DNA of 64,000 nt from an uncultured virus (IMG/VR IMGVR_UViG_3300020048_000090) (lineage: Duplodnaviria; Heunggongvirae; Uroviricota; Caudoviricetes): IMG/VR virus record IMGVR_UViG_3300020048_000090; one strand, written 5' to 3'. Position numbers and translations under genes: made by a program. The number at the start of each line of letters is the position of its first letter. Positions within the stretch are counted from its first letter, which is position 1. A model generated the notes under the pieces. The model did no database searches and was not told the DNA's origin. It worked only from the letters and a program-made list of their open reading frames with translations. Below, piece by piece: positions 1 through 9,731 of the stretch.

Positions 1-653
1 AGTTATCCCAACTGAATGTAGGTAATTTGTTGATAGATACTGAACATTATCCTAGGATGATTAGTAGTATTAATCTTGGATTAATGGAATTGTATAAAAG
101 GTTTCCAGTTAATCTTAAAGAAGTTAATATTCAGCTATATGATGAGATAACTGAGTATGTATTACATAGCTCTCATGCTATTACTAATATGCCTATAGGT
201 GGTGATCCAAAGAACTTCTATGTTATGGATTCAATCTATTATCCCTTTAAAGATGATTTTATTAAGATTGAGTCTGTCTTTAATGAGAATGGTGAAGAAC
301 TTCCAGTTAATGATGAGAATATGAGATATTCAGTCTTTACTACTGGTCATAACGTGATTAATCACCCTTATCCAGATAATGAGAATATTATCTTGGTTCA
401 ATATAGAGCTAGTGCTATTAAACTTTCTTCAGATGCAGATGATACTTCTGATATTGATATTCCTCTTCAGTTTACTGAAGCTCTAGTTAATTATGTGGCT
501 TATAGGATGTTTGCTGCTATTAATATGAATAGTGCTGAAGCTGTTAATTACTATGCTAAGTTTGAAGCTTCTTGTGCTCTACTTAATAACTATGGTTTAT
601 GGCATAAAGATACTAGAACTAATATGAAATTGGAGAATGCGGGATGGGTATAA
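1..653 (+). CDS. N4 gp67-like head-tail adaptor/virion protein, 5'-truncated by window edge
   Basis: Frame is open from base 3 (LSQLNVGN...). C-terminal NYYAKFEASCALL resembles gp67-type proteins. Position precedes tail-fibre genes as in N4. Confidence 0.7.
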   Translation, partial: LSQLNVGNLLIDTEHYPRMISSINLGLMELYKRFPVNLKEVNIQLYDEITEYVLHSSHAITNMPIGGDPKNFYVMDSIYYPFKDDFIKIESVFNENGEELPVNDENMRYSVFTTGHNVINHPYPDNENIILVQYRASAIKLSSDADDTSDIDIPLQFTEALVNYVAYRMFAAINMNSAEAVNYYAKFEASCALLNNYGLWHKDTRTNMKLENAGWV

Positions 654-985
654 AGGTTATTAGAGATTTCCAAGAGAAAGATACTGTCGTAATTAGACTT
701 GAGTTTGAAGGTCCTATTAATTTAACTGGTAATAACTTTAATATTACATTATCTTCTAACTTGAGTAATGCCCCACAGTATGATGTAACATTTGCTGCTA
801 ATAGTAATGGTCATCCTGATGATAATCTTGTTGGTGGTATTATTAATCTGTCTATGAATACAGCTTCTATACCTCCCGGTACTTATATGTATAGTATCAC
901 TAGAATAGTCTCTGGCGTTATTAATACTATTGCTAGGTCTGGATTAAATTCTGTAGATACTGTTGAGTGTAAGAAGCAACTATAA
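644..985 (+). CDS. hypothetical virion protein (beta-sandwich-like, PGTYMYSI)
   Basis: 113-aa ORF overlapping both neighbours in the tail module. Confidence 0.5.
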   Translation: MGIKVIRDFQEKDTVVIRLEFEGPINLTGNNFNITLSSNLSNAPQYDVTFAANSNGHPDDNLVGGIINLSMNTASIPPGTYMYSITRIVSGVINTIARSGLNSVDTVECKKQL

Positions 986-1416
986 TGGATACTATAAATA
1001 TTAATCTTGTGGATGAGCCAAAAGAGGTTAATATACCTATTAATAGTATTAAGTTAATTACTAACACTGACTATGTAGTATTAAGAGACAGTAGTGATAA
1101 TAAAGTTAGAATAACAAATAATACTATTGAAACTGAAGTTAAAGATGTTATAAATGTAGTTAGGGTTACTACTACTGTTTATGAGAATATAAACAATACT
1201 CTAGTTAATAATCATAGTTTATTGGTTAACTTGAGTAAAGATGATCATCCTCAGTATTTAAATAATACTAGAGGGGATGCTAGATACCATAGATTAAACA
1301 CAATAACAGCAGATCAAGTAGAATATGCACCTGGAATTAGTGTGTATGCTAAAATAGCTGCATTGGATGAAGAACCTGATACATTACCTTATATCATTTC
1401 TGGGGGCTATTTTTGA
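985..1416 (+). CDS. tail-associated protein with DDHPQY motif
   Basis: HSLLVNLSKDDHPQY...GDARY is typical of phage fibre proteins; ends in SGGYF. Confidence 0.55.
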   Translation: MDTININLVDEPKEVNIPINSIKLITNTDYVVLRDSSDNKVRITNNTIETEVKDVINVVRVTTTVYENINNTLVNNHSLLVNLSKDDHPQYLNNTRGDARYHRLNTITADQVEYAPGISVYAKIAALDEEPDTLPYIISGGYF

Positions 1417-2897
1417 TGGCTAATACACTAAAGATTAAACGTAGCACAATCACAAACATACCTAATGCATTAGCAGAAGGAGAGTTAGCATATTCATATA
1501 CCTCAGATAAGTTATTTGTTGGTGATCATTTAGCTAATGTACGTACTATAGGTGGTAAAAGTTATGTAGATAAACTAGATTTAATTACAGTTACTTCGCC
1601 TGTAAATCTAAATGATTTAGATGTTAGTGATGCTAACTGGACAGGTGATGACTTATCTGTTGTGAATGGGGGTACAGGTAGGTCTACAGGTGGTACTGCT
1701 TATGGATTAATTGCTGCTGGTACAACTGCTACAGGAGCACATCAAACACTTCCTGCTGGTGCTACTACAGAGTTACTAGTTGGTGGTGGTGCATCTGCTT
1801 TACCTGTATGGACTGCTGCTACTGGTACAGGTTCTCCAGTAAGAGCTACTAGTCCTACATTGGTAACTCCGGTATTAGGTACACCATCCTCTGGTACTTT
1901 AACTAATTGTACTGGATTACCTGTTTCTGGTATTACTGCAAGTACTACAACAGCTATTGGTGTAGGTTCTATTGAGTTAGGACATGCTTCTGATACTACA
2001 ATTACAAGAGTTAGTGCAGGGAATATTGCAGTTGAAGGTAATACTATTTATCGTGCAGGTGGTACAGATGTAGCTTTAGCTGATGGTGGTACTGGAGCTA
2101 GCTTAACTGATCCTAATGCAGATATGATTATGTTCTGGGATGACTCTGCAAATGTAGTAACTTGGCTTACACCTAGTACTGGATTAACCCTTAATGGAAC
2201 TGATCTTACTGTTAGAACTTCCAGTGATTCACAGACAGGTATTGTAGAGTTAGCTACTTCTGCTGAAACTCAGACAGGTACTGATACTGCTAGGGCAGTT
2301 ACTCCTGCTGGATTTAAAACAGCAGGCAATGCTTTATATGTTCAGTTAATTAATTTAACTGGTAATAGAAATGTTACTAGGATTGTAGCTACTGCTGGAC
2401 AGACTGTTTTTACAGTACCTAGCTATCTAGTTGGTTATGATGAACTAGATGTCTACGTAAATGGTGTATTCCAGAAAGTAGCTATTAACTATACAGAAAC
2501 CAACTCTACAACTATTACATTAACAGAAGGTACAACTTTAAATGATATTGTTGATATTAGACGTACTGTATCTTTTGGTACTGCTAATCCTTCTTATTTA
2601 GGTGCATCAGCACAAGCAGTAAACTCTGCTGCATTAAATGGTCAACCTAGTACTTATTATACTAATGCTGATAATCTTAATAGTGGGTCAGTTAAGATAA
2701 TCCCTACTACTGGTGAGAGAACTAATTGGAATACAGTTTATAATTGGTATTCCAGTATGACTACAGTAGATGCTGATGCCTTTATTAATACTATATCAGA
2801 GGTGTTAAATGCATTCTCTGGTGCTGCTGAGTCTTTAAATTTAGCAAGTGAATTAGCTAATCCTACTAATATGACATTTGATGCAGGTACGTTCTAA
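1413..2897 (+). CDS. tail fibre protein with Mtd-N-like N-terminus
   Basis: N-terminal LKIKRS...LAEGELAY; Gly/Thr-rich GGTG repeats; GIVELATSAETQTGTD..AVTP fibre repeat. Confidence 0.8.
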   Translation: MMANTLKIKRSTITNIPNALAEGELAYSYTSDKLFVGDHLANVRTIGGKSYVDKLDLITVTSPVNLNDLDVSDANWTGDDLSVVNGGTGRSTGGTAYGLIAAGTTATGAHQTLPAGATTELLVGGGASALPVWTAATGTGSPVRATSPTLVTPVLGTPSSGTLTNCTGLPVSGITASTTTAIGVGSIELGHASDTTITRVSAGNIAVEGNTIYRAGGTDVALADGGTGASLTDPNADMIMFWDDSANVVTWLTPSTGLTLNGTDLTVRTSSDSQTGIVELATSAETQTGTDTARAVTPAGFKTAGNALYVQLINLTGNRNVTRIVATAGQTVFTVPSYLVGYDELDVYVNGVFQKVAINYTETNSTTITLTEGTTLNDIVDIRRTVSFGTANPSYLGASAQAVNSAALNGQPSTYYTNADNLNSGSVKIIPTTGERTNWNTVYNWYSSMTTVDADAFINTISEVLNAFSGAAESLNLASELANPTNMTFDAGTF

Positions 2898-3118
2898 TGG
2901 CTAATACACTTAAACTTAAAAGGTCTTCTATAGCTGGGGTAGTTCCATCTGCTGGTAACTTAGCTGAAGGTGAGCTTGGGATTAATATGGTAGATGGGTA
3001 TTTATACTATAAAGATCATTTAAATACTGTTAAGCAGTTAAAGGTAAGAGCTTCAGATGTGTCAGTAGATACTCCTGCATTTAACTTTAGTAGTCAATTC
3101 CTATTAATGGGAGCTTAA
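2897..3118 (+). CDS. small stand-alone Mtd-N-like tail protein
   Basis: MANTLKLKRS...LAEGELGIN..DG.LY, a paralogue of the previous gene's N-terminus. Confidence 0.65.
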   Translation: MANTLKLKRSSIAGVVPSAGNLAEGELGINMVDGYLYYKDHLNTVKQLKVRASDVSVDTPAFNFSSQFLLMGA

Positions 3119-3119
3119 A

Positions 3120-3449
3120 TTGCCACAAGTACTCAAAGTATTAGGTCAAGTAACTCCAGCAGCTACTACAGCTACAGATTTGTATACTGTTCCTGCTAGT
3201 ACTCAGACTACAGTTAGTACAGTTACTATTTGTAATAGAGCAGGTACTTCTGCTTCTTTTAGGCTTTATGTTAGAGTTGCTGGGGTAGCCATAGACAATA
3301 AACAATATATTTACTATGACCAACCCATTGATGGTAATTCTACTTTTGCTTTGACTTTAGGAGTTACTCTAGCTGCTACTGATAAGTTGTCAGTCTATGC
3401 TAGTACTGCTAATCTTTCTTTTAATGCTTTTGGTGTGGAGCTTAGTTAA
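3120..3449 (+). CDS. small beta-rich virion/tail protein
   Basis: 109-aa ORF (TTG start) with TDLYTVP...ICN, in the tail module. Confidence 0.55.
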   Translation: MPQVLKVLGQVTPAATTATDLYTVPASTQTTVSTVTICNRAGTSASFRLYVRVAGVAIDNKQYIYYDQPIDGNSTFALTLGVTLAATDKLSVYASTANLSFNAFGVELS

Positions 3450-3451
3450 TC

Positions 3452-5953
3452 ATGACTCAAGGTGTTTCTAATCTAGCTACTACAACTAAACAAGATACTA
3501 TCATTGGTCATGTAGATGGTATTGAGGGATTACTAACTACTATTGATGCAGATACTGGAGGCATACTTACAGCAGTTCAGTTAATAGATAATGCAATTTC
3601 TGGTAATGAGATGCAAGTTGACATTGTTGCCTCATTGCCTACTGGTTCAAACACTATTGGGGCTATATCCAATACGACATTCTCTGCTACTCAATCTGGA
3701 ACTTGGAACATTACTAATGTATCTGGCACTGTTTCATTACCTACTGGTGCAGCTACCTCTGCCAATCAGACAACACAAACAACCGCATTGCAATTACTTG
3801 ATGATGTAGTAGTTGCGGATAATGCTGGATTCACAGATGGAACAACTAAAGTATCTATGGCTGGTTTCGTATTTGATGAAACAGCGGGTACTGCTTTAAC
3901 CGAGAATGATGCTGGTGCTGCTAGGATTGATGCTAAACGAGCACAGATAGGAACCCTTGAGGATGGTACTACTAGAGGTAGATATGCTACTGTAACAGCC
4001 TCTAATGCCCTTAAAACTGATGGTTCTGCTGTTACACAACCAGTTAGTGGAACCTTCTGGCAAACTACACAACCTGTAAGCCTTGCATCAACCACAATTA
4101 CCGGATCAGTAGCAGTTACTGGTCCATTAACAGATACTCAGCTAAGAGCTACAGCAGTTCCTGTATCGCTTACGTCAACGACGGTTACTGGCTCTGTTGC
4201 AGTTACTGATAATAGTGGATCATTAACAGTAGATGCACCTGTTGCTACTCCAGTATTTGTTAGATTGTCATCTGGCTCTGCTGCTGTTGATACTTTACCA
4301 GTAAGCCTCACATCTGTTCCAAGTCACGCAGTAACAAATGCTGGCACTTTCGCTACTCAAATAACTTCAATAGCTGCTGGTGATAATAATATCGGTAATG
4401 TAGATGTTGTTTCATTGCCAGCAATAACTGGTACTGTTGAACTTGGTGCTACTTCACTTGCTGCACTAGAAAATATCACAGTTGTATCTAGCGGTACTGT
4501 AACTGCCACATTAGCCGCTGAAACGACTAAAGTGATTGGTACTGTAAATCAAGGGACATCTCCTTGGGTAGTTAGTGGAACTATAACTGCCACTGGTCCA
4601 CTCACAGACACGCAACTTAGAGCGTCAGCTGTACCAGTCAGTCTTGCATCTGTGCCAAGTCATGCAGTAACAAATGCAGGTACTTTTGCAGTACAAGCAG
4701 CGCAGTCCGGTACTTGGAACATTGGTTCTATTACTACGTTGCCTTCATTGCCAGCTGGCACTAACAATATTGGTGATGTAGATGTTTTATCACTTCCAAC
4801 GCTAGCAAACGTAACTACTGTTGGTACAGTAACAACAATCACAACAGCCAATTTAGCCGCAGATGATGTTCACGATGGTGTTGCTGGTACTACCGTTGTT
4901 ATGAATGGTGGCTATGCTTCTAGCATAGCACCTACAGCTGTAGTGAATGGTGATGCAGCAAGATTATGGACTACTCTAAATGGTGCTTTAAATATTGCCG
5001 ATGGCGGCAGCACAATTTCCATCGATGATGGTGCGGGATCAATAACGGTCGATGGCACTTTCTGGCAGGCAACCCAACCAGTTAGTTTAGCTTCAGTACC
5101 TACTCATGGTGTAACTAATGCAGGTACGTTTGCTGTACAAGTAACGTCTGCACCAACTACTACTGTTACAGGTACATTCTGGCAAGCAACTCAACCTGTT
5201 TCTTTAACTTCTGTTCCTAGTCATGCGGTTACTAATGCTGGAACTTTTGCGGTGCAAGTGTCCTCGGCAATTCCTGCTGGAACAAACAATATTGGTGATG
5301 TAGACATACTCTCAATAGTACCTGGAACTGCTGCTACTAATTTAGGTAAAGCAGTTGATAATGCTGCTGGGGCTACAGATACTGGAGCATTGGTTTTAGT
5401 AGTTCGTGATGATGCCCTTTCCACACTTACTCCTGTTGATAATGATTATACTCAATTAAGGGTTGATTCTACAGGTAGATTATGGGGTTCTGTAAAAATA
5501 GATACCGCTTTACCTACTGGTTCAGCTACTATCGGTGCAGTTAATATTGCTGCTGCTCAAACATTAGCTACAGTTACTACAGTTTCAACTGTAACTTCTT
5601 TATCACAATTGGCAGGTCAAGCAATTAATCTTGGTGCTGGAACTACTGCTACTGGAACTCTACGTGTTATTGAAGCAACAGCAGCTACAGGTACACAAAG
5701 TAATCCTTCATTATCTACTACAAGTGCTACATTACTTGCTTCTTCTACTTCTAGAAGAGGTGCTACTATATATAATGGATCAACTTCTATTGTTTATGTT
5801 AGATTAAGCTCTACTGCCGCATCTAGTACAGTATTTACTATTAAGTTATATCCAGAAGATTATTATGAAGTACCTGGAAATTATAATGGTGATATAACAG
5901 CTATATTGAATACTGGAAGTACAACTTTAGTTCAAGTTACTCAGGTGACATAA
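3452..5953 (+). CDS. repeat-rich beta-fibrous virion protein (fibre/appendage)
   Basis: 833 aa, T/A/V/S-rich. Recurrent motifs GTFWQxTQPVSL, VPSHAVTNAGTFA, LTDTQLRAxAVPVS, NNIGDVD. Confidence 0.7.
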   Translation: MTQGVSNLATTTKQDTIIGHVDGIEGLLTTIDADTGGILTAVQLIDNAISGNEMQVDIVASLPTGSNTIGAISNTTFSATQSGTWNITNVSGTVSLPTGAATSANQTTQTTALQLLDDVVVADNAGFTDGTTKVSMAGFVFDETAGTALTENDAGAARIDAKRAQIGTLEDGTTRGRYATVTASNALKTDGSAVTQPVSGTFWQTTQPVSLASTTITGSVAVTGPLTDTQLRATAVPVSLTSTTVTGSVAVTDNSGSLTVDAPVATPVFVRLSSGSAAVDTLPVSLTSVPSHAVTNAGTFATQITSIAAGDNNIGNVDVVSLPAITGTVELGATSLAALENITVVSSGTVTATLAAETTKVIGTVNQGTSPWVVSGTITATGPLTDTQLRASAVPVSLASVPSHAVTNAGTFAVQAAQSGTWNIGSITTLPSLPAGTNNIGDVDVLSLPTLANVTTVGTVTTITTANLAADDVHDGVAGTTVVMNGGYASSIAPTAVVNGDAARLWTTLNGALNIADGGSTISIDDGAGSITVDGTFWQATQPVSLASVPTHGVTNAGTFAVQVTSAPTTTVTGTFWQATQPVSLTSVPSHAVTNAGTFAVQVSSAIPAGTNNIGDVDILSIVPGTAATNLGKAVDNAAGATDTGALVLVVRDDALSTLTPVDNDYTQLRVDSTGRLWGSVKIDTALPTGSATIGAVNIAAAQTLATVTTVSTVTSLSQLAGQAINLGAGTTATGTLRVIEATAATGTQSNPSLSTTSATLLASSTSRRGATIYNGSTSIVYVRLSSTAASSTVFTIKLYPEDYYEVPGNYNGDITAILNTGSTTLVQVTQVT

Positions 5954-6180
5954 TGCCTTTATATAGATCACGTTCTAGTAAAATAAATGAATTTACTGCT
6001 ACTGCTAACCAGACAGTGTTTACCTTCTCTGGCTTTACAAATGCAGATAGCACTAGACTTGTTATATTGATTAATGGTATAAAGCAGTTACACTCTAGTT
6101 ATACTAAAACTACTACTAACATTACATTGTCTAAGGGATTAACTGCTGGTGATATTGTTGAAATTTATTATTTGAATTAA
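5953..6180 (+). CDS. small tail-fibre-associated domain protein
   Basis: ATANQTVF...INGIKQ...GDIVEI resembles an internal domain of the 1413-2897 fibre. Confidence 0.6.
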   Translation: MPLYRSRSSKINEFTATANQTVFTFSGFTNADSTRLVILINGIKQLHSSYTKTTTNITLSKGLTAGDIVEIYYLN

Positions 6181-6189
6181 AGGAATGCT

Positions 6190-6582
6190 ATGGTTATGAG
6201 AACTGGAGTAAATGCACCAGCAGTACTAATTGATAAGTATATCAATAGTGCTTATGATACTGTTAAAGTAGTAGCTGATAATATTAATAATATCATTAGT
6301 ATTGCTAATGAAATATCAGATGGTAATCCTGCTATTTCTATTACTACTTTAGATGGGAATACTCTAGGTATTTCTGTTACAGACAATGGTACTACCACAA
6401 GTATTGATTTAAATGCTTATAACTATTCTTATACTATGGGTAGGAATCAGTTACAGGTATTTGTGAATGGTATTTATCAGAGTATTGAGTCTGGTAGCTT
6501 AGTTGAAATTAGTTCTACAGTTATTAAGCTTAATGGTTTAGTAAGTGTAGGTGATCAGATTGATATTATTAAGATTATTTAA
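6190..6582 (+). CDS. N4 gp66-type fibre anchor domain protein (short)
   Basis: IDKYINSAYDTVKVVADNI resembles the N-terminal anchor of N4-like tail appendages; AAGGA SD upstream. Confidence 0.6.
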   Translation: MVMRTGVNAPAVLIDKYINSAYDTVKVVADNINNIISIANEISDGNPAISITTLDGNTLGISVTDNGTTTSIDLNAYNYSYTMGRNQLQVFVNGIYQSIESGSLVEISSTVIKLNGLVSVGDQIDIIKII

Positions 6583-6593
6583 AGGATATAAAC

Positions 6594-8645
6594 ATGGCTT
6601 TAACTAAACCTACAAGTGAACAAATAACCTATTTACCTGCTGGTACAGGTGCTAGTACAGATCGTACTGTGCAGGATAAGCTGCGGGAGAGTGTTAGTGT
6701 TTTGGATTTTGGAGAAAATACTATTCCAGGTATAACTGATATGACAGTAGTTTTTAATAAAACCATATCTTATATAAATACCAATAATATAAAAAAGTTA
6801 ACAATAGTTCCCGGATCATATGTTGTAGGGAGACTTGATGTAATAACAGTAGATGATTTCACATTGGACTGTGAAGGTGTTGTTCTTATTTCATTGCCTA
6901 ATAGTTTGGTAAATGCGTATGAACATACTATATCAGTAGATGCTGATAATTTTACAATGATCGGCGGTACTTTAGACGGAAATCAGGCCAACTATACAGC
7001 GGAACCAAGTCAAGCTGTTGCATTACTCGGTATTGAAGCAACAGGGCATAAATTTAATAGAGTTAGATTTATTAACTCTCCAGGAAGAGGGGCTAATATA
7101 AGTTGCTCAAATTCTTCATTCATTGATTGTAATTTTGATAATAATGCAAACTTAGGTTCTGAGTCTGTTGAGATTTCTTATACTAATTTTATCAACTGTA
7201 CATGGAATTCTAATGGGTATGGATTCAAAGTATCACCTAGGGTATTACCGGCAGACACACAGAGCACTTTTTTGGCATTCGGCAATGCTTTTAGGTATGG
7301 ATGTCATCATTTAACTTTTGATAGTTGTATTGCTAATATGAATTCTCGTGAAGGTTTTTTCCTTGACTCAGGGTGTTACGCTATCAAGTACAATAATTGC
7401 ATTGCTTATGGTAACGATGATGGCGGCTTTACTACAAATAGTGATGGGGGTGCTTCTCAATATCCCAGCAATGCGTTACCTTGTTTTGACATTTCATATG
7501 TCAATTGTGAGGCTTATAATAATTGGAGTGCCGGTATAGTTACAACTTCCCCCTGTAATGGGTTAAATGTGGTGGGGGGTAACTATTATAACAATCACAG
7601 ACTTGCAGGTACTATACCTTATGCTGCTGCTTATAGTAATGGCATTTTTGTTGCCGGTAATACTAAGTCTGCAAATATTGTAGGGGCAAGGGTATATGAT
7701 GATAGACAATATTGCACAATTACCGCTGCATCAGTTACGGGCAGTAACTGCACCATAACTGCTACCGGATGGATAGCAGGCACTAAAGATTATTACCCTA
7801 AAGTAGCTATCATTAACAATGCAACAAATTTATGTATTGGGTATGGAAAAATAATTTCCGAGAGTGCTGGTTCTGTGATTATTCAAACTATGCCATATAA
7901 TGGTGTAACTCTTGCAAGTATTTCGTCTGCACACGCTATCACTCAGAGAGTGCAGCATAATGGTGTATTCTTAAGCAACGGTGTTGAGGCTTACATTGAT
8001 GCTGATATATACGGGGAAACTCCCGGACCACTTACATCTTATGCTGGTTCTTCTTATGAAGGTTTTAAAGTAGTGCAGGGTGCAACAAATGCTGGGCAAA
8101 ATTCAATAATTAATAGACATCTTGAATTATTTGATACTCAGTTACTAGAAAATCCCTCATTTGATGCGGATATATTAAACTGGACATTTGCACTCATTGG
8201 TGGTGGGACAGCTACTAGAAATACAACAGTCAAGAAATCAACTGCATCATTACAACTGATAGGTGGTAGTAGTATTGCACAAGGAGACGCTGCTTTAATT
8301 TCAGGATATTTAGCAAACTACTTACGAGGTAATTACTGTAAATTTGGATTTTGGGTCAACGCAGTATCACGAAATGATGCTGTACTTCGCTTGTACTGGC
8401 TTAGTCCAGATACCACAGCCTCCGCTGGGGGATATGTACAAAGTTTTGTTACACATCCTGGCGGAGGCTGGAAGTATTTAGAATTATCTTGCTATATACC
8501 GTATAACGTGACAGATGTTATTTGTCGAATAGAGGCAAATATCGGTAAGACTACTTACTGGGATAATGGTTCATTTAAAGCCTATGGGATGAAAGTCAGT
8601 GATACTAAAACGACTATTCCAGCTCGTAATACACTACTTCCTTAA
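6594..8645 (+). CDS. tailspike / depolymerase (right-handed beta-helix, C-terminal carbohydrate-binding-like domain)
   Basis: RTVQDKLRESVSVLDFG neck motif; Asn/Cys-ladder beta-helix repeats; C-terminal LLENPSFD..W domain. Confidence 0.85.
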   Translation: MALTKPTSEQITYLPAGTGASTDRTVQDKLRESVSVLDFGENTIPGITDMTVVFNKTISYINTNNIKKLTIVPGSYVVGRLDVITVDDFTLDCEGVVLISLPNSLVNAYEHTISVDADNFTMIGGTLDGNQANYTAEPSQAVALLGIEATGHKFNRVRFINSPGRGANISCSNSSFIDCNFDNNANLGSESVEISYTNFINCTWNSNGYGFKVSPRVLPADTQSTFLAFGNAFRYGCHHLTFDSCIANMNSREGFFLDSGCYAIKYNNCIAYGNDDGGFTTNSDGGASQYPSNALPCFDISYVNCEAYNNWSAGIVTTSPCNGLNVVGGNYYNNHRLAGTIPYAAAYSNGIFVAGNTKSANIVGARVYDDRQYCTITAASVTGSNCTITATGWIAGTKDYYPKVAIINNATNLCIGYGKIISESAGSVIIQTMPYNGVTLASISSAHAITQRVQHNGVFLSNGVEAYIDADIYGETPGPLTSYAGSSYEGFKVVQGATNAGQNSIINRHLELFDTQLLENPSFDADILNWTFALIGGGTATRNTTVKKSTASLQLIGGSSIAQGDAALISGYLANYLRGNYCKFGFWVNAVSRNDAVLRLYWLSPDTTASAGGYVQSFVTHPGGGWKYLELSCYIPYNVTDVICRIEANIGKTTYWDNGSFKAYGMKVSDTKTTIPARNTLLP

Positions 8646-8674
8646 TATACGCTATCACTGGGTAATTTACATAA

Positions 8675-9094
8675 ATGATCACATCTAAACAAGCACTAGA
8701 TCGCTACGGCGATCCAAAGTTAGAGAAGGGTATGGTACTGTTTGATGTACCTACTCACCTAGAGATAGGTGTTATCCCAAAGAAAGTCTATTGCAATAAA
8801 GACTTAGTTAAACCATTAACCCAAGCATTCACTAATCTAATTGAGCGTAAGCTAGTAGGTGAACTGAAGACTTGGGATGGGTGTTTTCAAATTAGAAATA
8901 CTAGAGGTGCATCTAACCCATCTCTACATTCTTGGGGTCTAGCAGTAGACGTTAATGCAGCTTGGAATGGGTTGGGTAAAGAACCACAACTATCATCTGG
9001 ATTTGTGAAATGTTTTAATGATGCTGGCTTTGATTGGGGTGGTAATTTCTCAAGAAAAGATGGGATGCACTTCCAACTAGCTAAACTACCTTAA
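8675..9094 (+). CDS. endolysin, peptidase M15 family
   Basis: R...SLHSWGLAVDVN and WGG.F...DGMHFQ Zn-binding motifs. Confidence 0.9.
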   Translation: MITSKQALDRYGDPKLEKGMVLFDVPTHLEIGVIPKKVYCNKDLVKPLTQAFTNLIERKLVGELKTWDGCFQIRNTRGASNPSLHSWGLAVDVNAAWNGLGKEPQLSSGFVKCFNDAGFDWGGNFSRKDGMHFQLAKLP

Positions 9095-9103
9095 GGAATT
9101 GAT

Positions 9104-9246
9104 ATGAAATATCTATTTGATATTGATCTAACAAAGATAGTAGAAGTATATAAGCTGACTAATGAAAAGTATTCTCAGTTATGTAAAGATAAATTACGTG
9201 ATGAGATTACTAGAATTCAGAAAATGTACAGTACTCCTGTTATTGA
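9104..9246 (+). CDS. hypothetical protein, truncated by assembly gap
   Basis: AAGGA SD + ATG; the frame runs into the Ns. Confidence 0.4.
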
Positions 9247-9361
9247 NNNNNNNNNNNNNNNNNNNNNNNNNNNNNNNNNNNNNNNNNNNNNNNNNNNNNN
9301 NNNNNNNNNNNNNNNNNNNNNNNNNNNNNNNNNNNNNNNNNNNNNNNNNNNNNNNNNNNNN
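9247..9361. other. assembly gap (run of N)
   Basis: Ns in sequence. Confidence 1.
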
Positions 9362-9388
9362 TATCTAAATTACCCTAAAGGAATTGAT

Positions 9389-9730
9389 ATGAAATGGCCT
9401 CTAACCTTTTACGTTGATAGTCTTCCTGGTACTGTGAGAGGTAGAGCTATTGGCCCTTTCATTCAAATCAGAAAGGTATATAAAAATGATTATGGTTTAT
9501 ATCAACATGAACTAGAACATGTAAAGCAAGCATTCCTTGGATTGTTTATCATCCATGGATTGCTTTATCTCTTCTCATCTAAATATAAACTATGGTCAGA
9601 AGTACAAGCATTTAAGAAACAAGCTAGTTACTATGAAGATGATAGGATTCCTTTATTTGCATTAGCTATTGCTACAAGATATAAGCTAGATGTATCTGTA
9701 GCAGAAGCTGAAAGATTGTTAAGGAAATAG
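9389..9730 (+). CDS. small HExxH zincin-like protein
   Basis: Own SD (AAGGA) and ATG at 9389; HELEHVKQ plus downstream EVQA. Confidence 0.65.
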   Translation: MKWPLTFYVDSLPGTVRGRAIGPFIQIRKVYKNDYGLYQHELEHVKQAFLGLFIIHGLLYLFSSKYKLWSEVQAFKKQASYYEDDRIPLFALAIATRYKLDVSVAEAERLLRK

Positions 9731-9731
9731 A

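Noticed and set aside
1413..3118. Diversity-generating retroelement suggested by Mtd-N-like domains
   Set aside because: No reverse transcriptase and no adenine-variable TR/VR repeat pair seen in the window.
9104..9730. Single 208-aa ORF spanning the gap
   Set aside because: Artefact of translating through Ns. A separate SD+ATG at 9389 defines the downstream gene.
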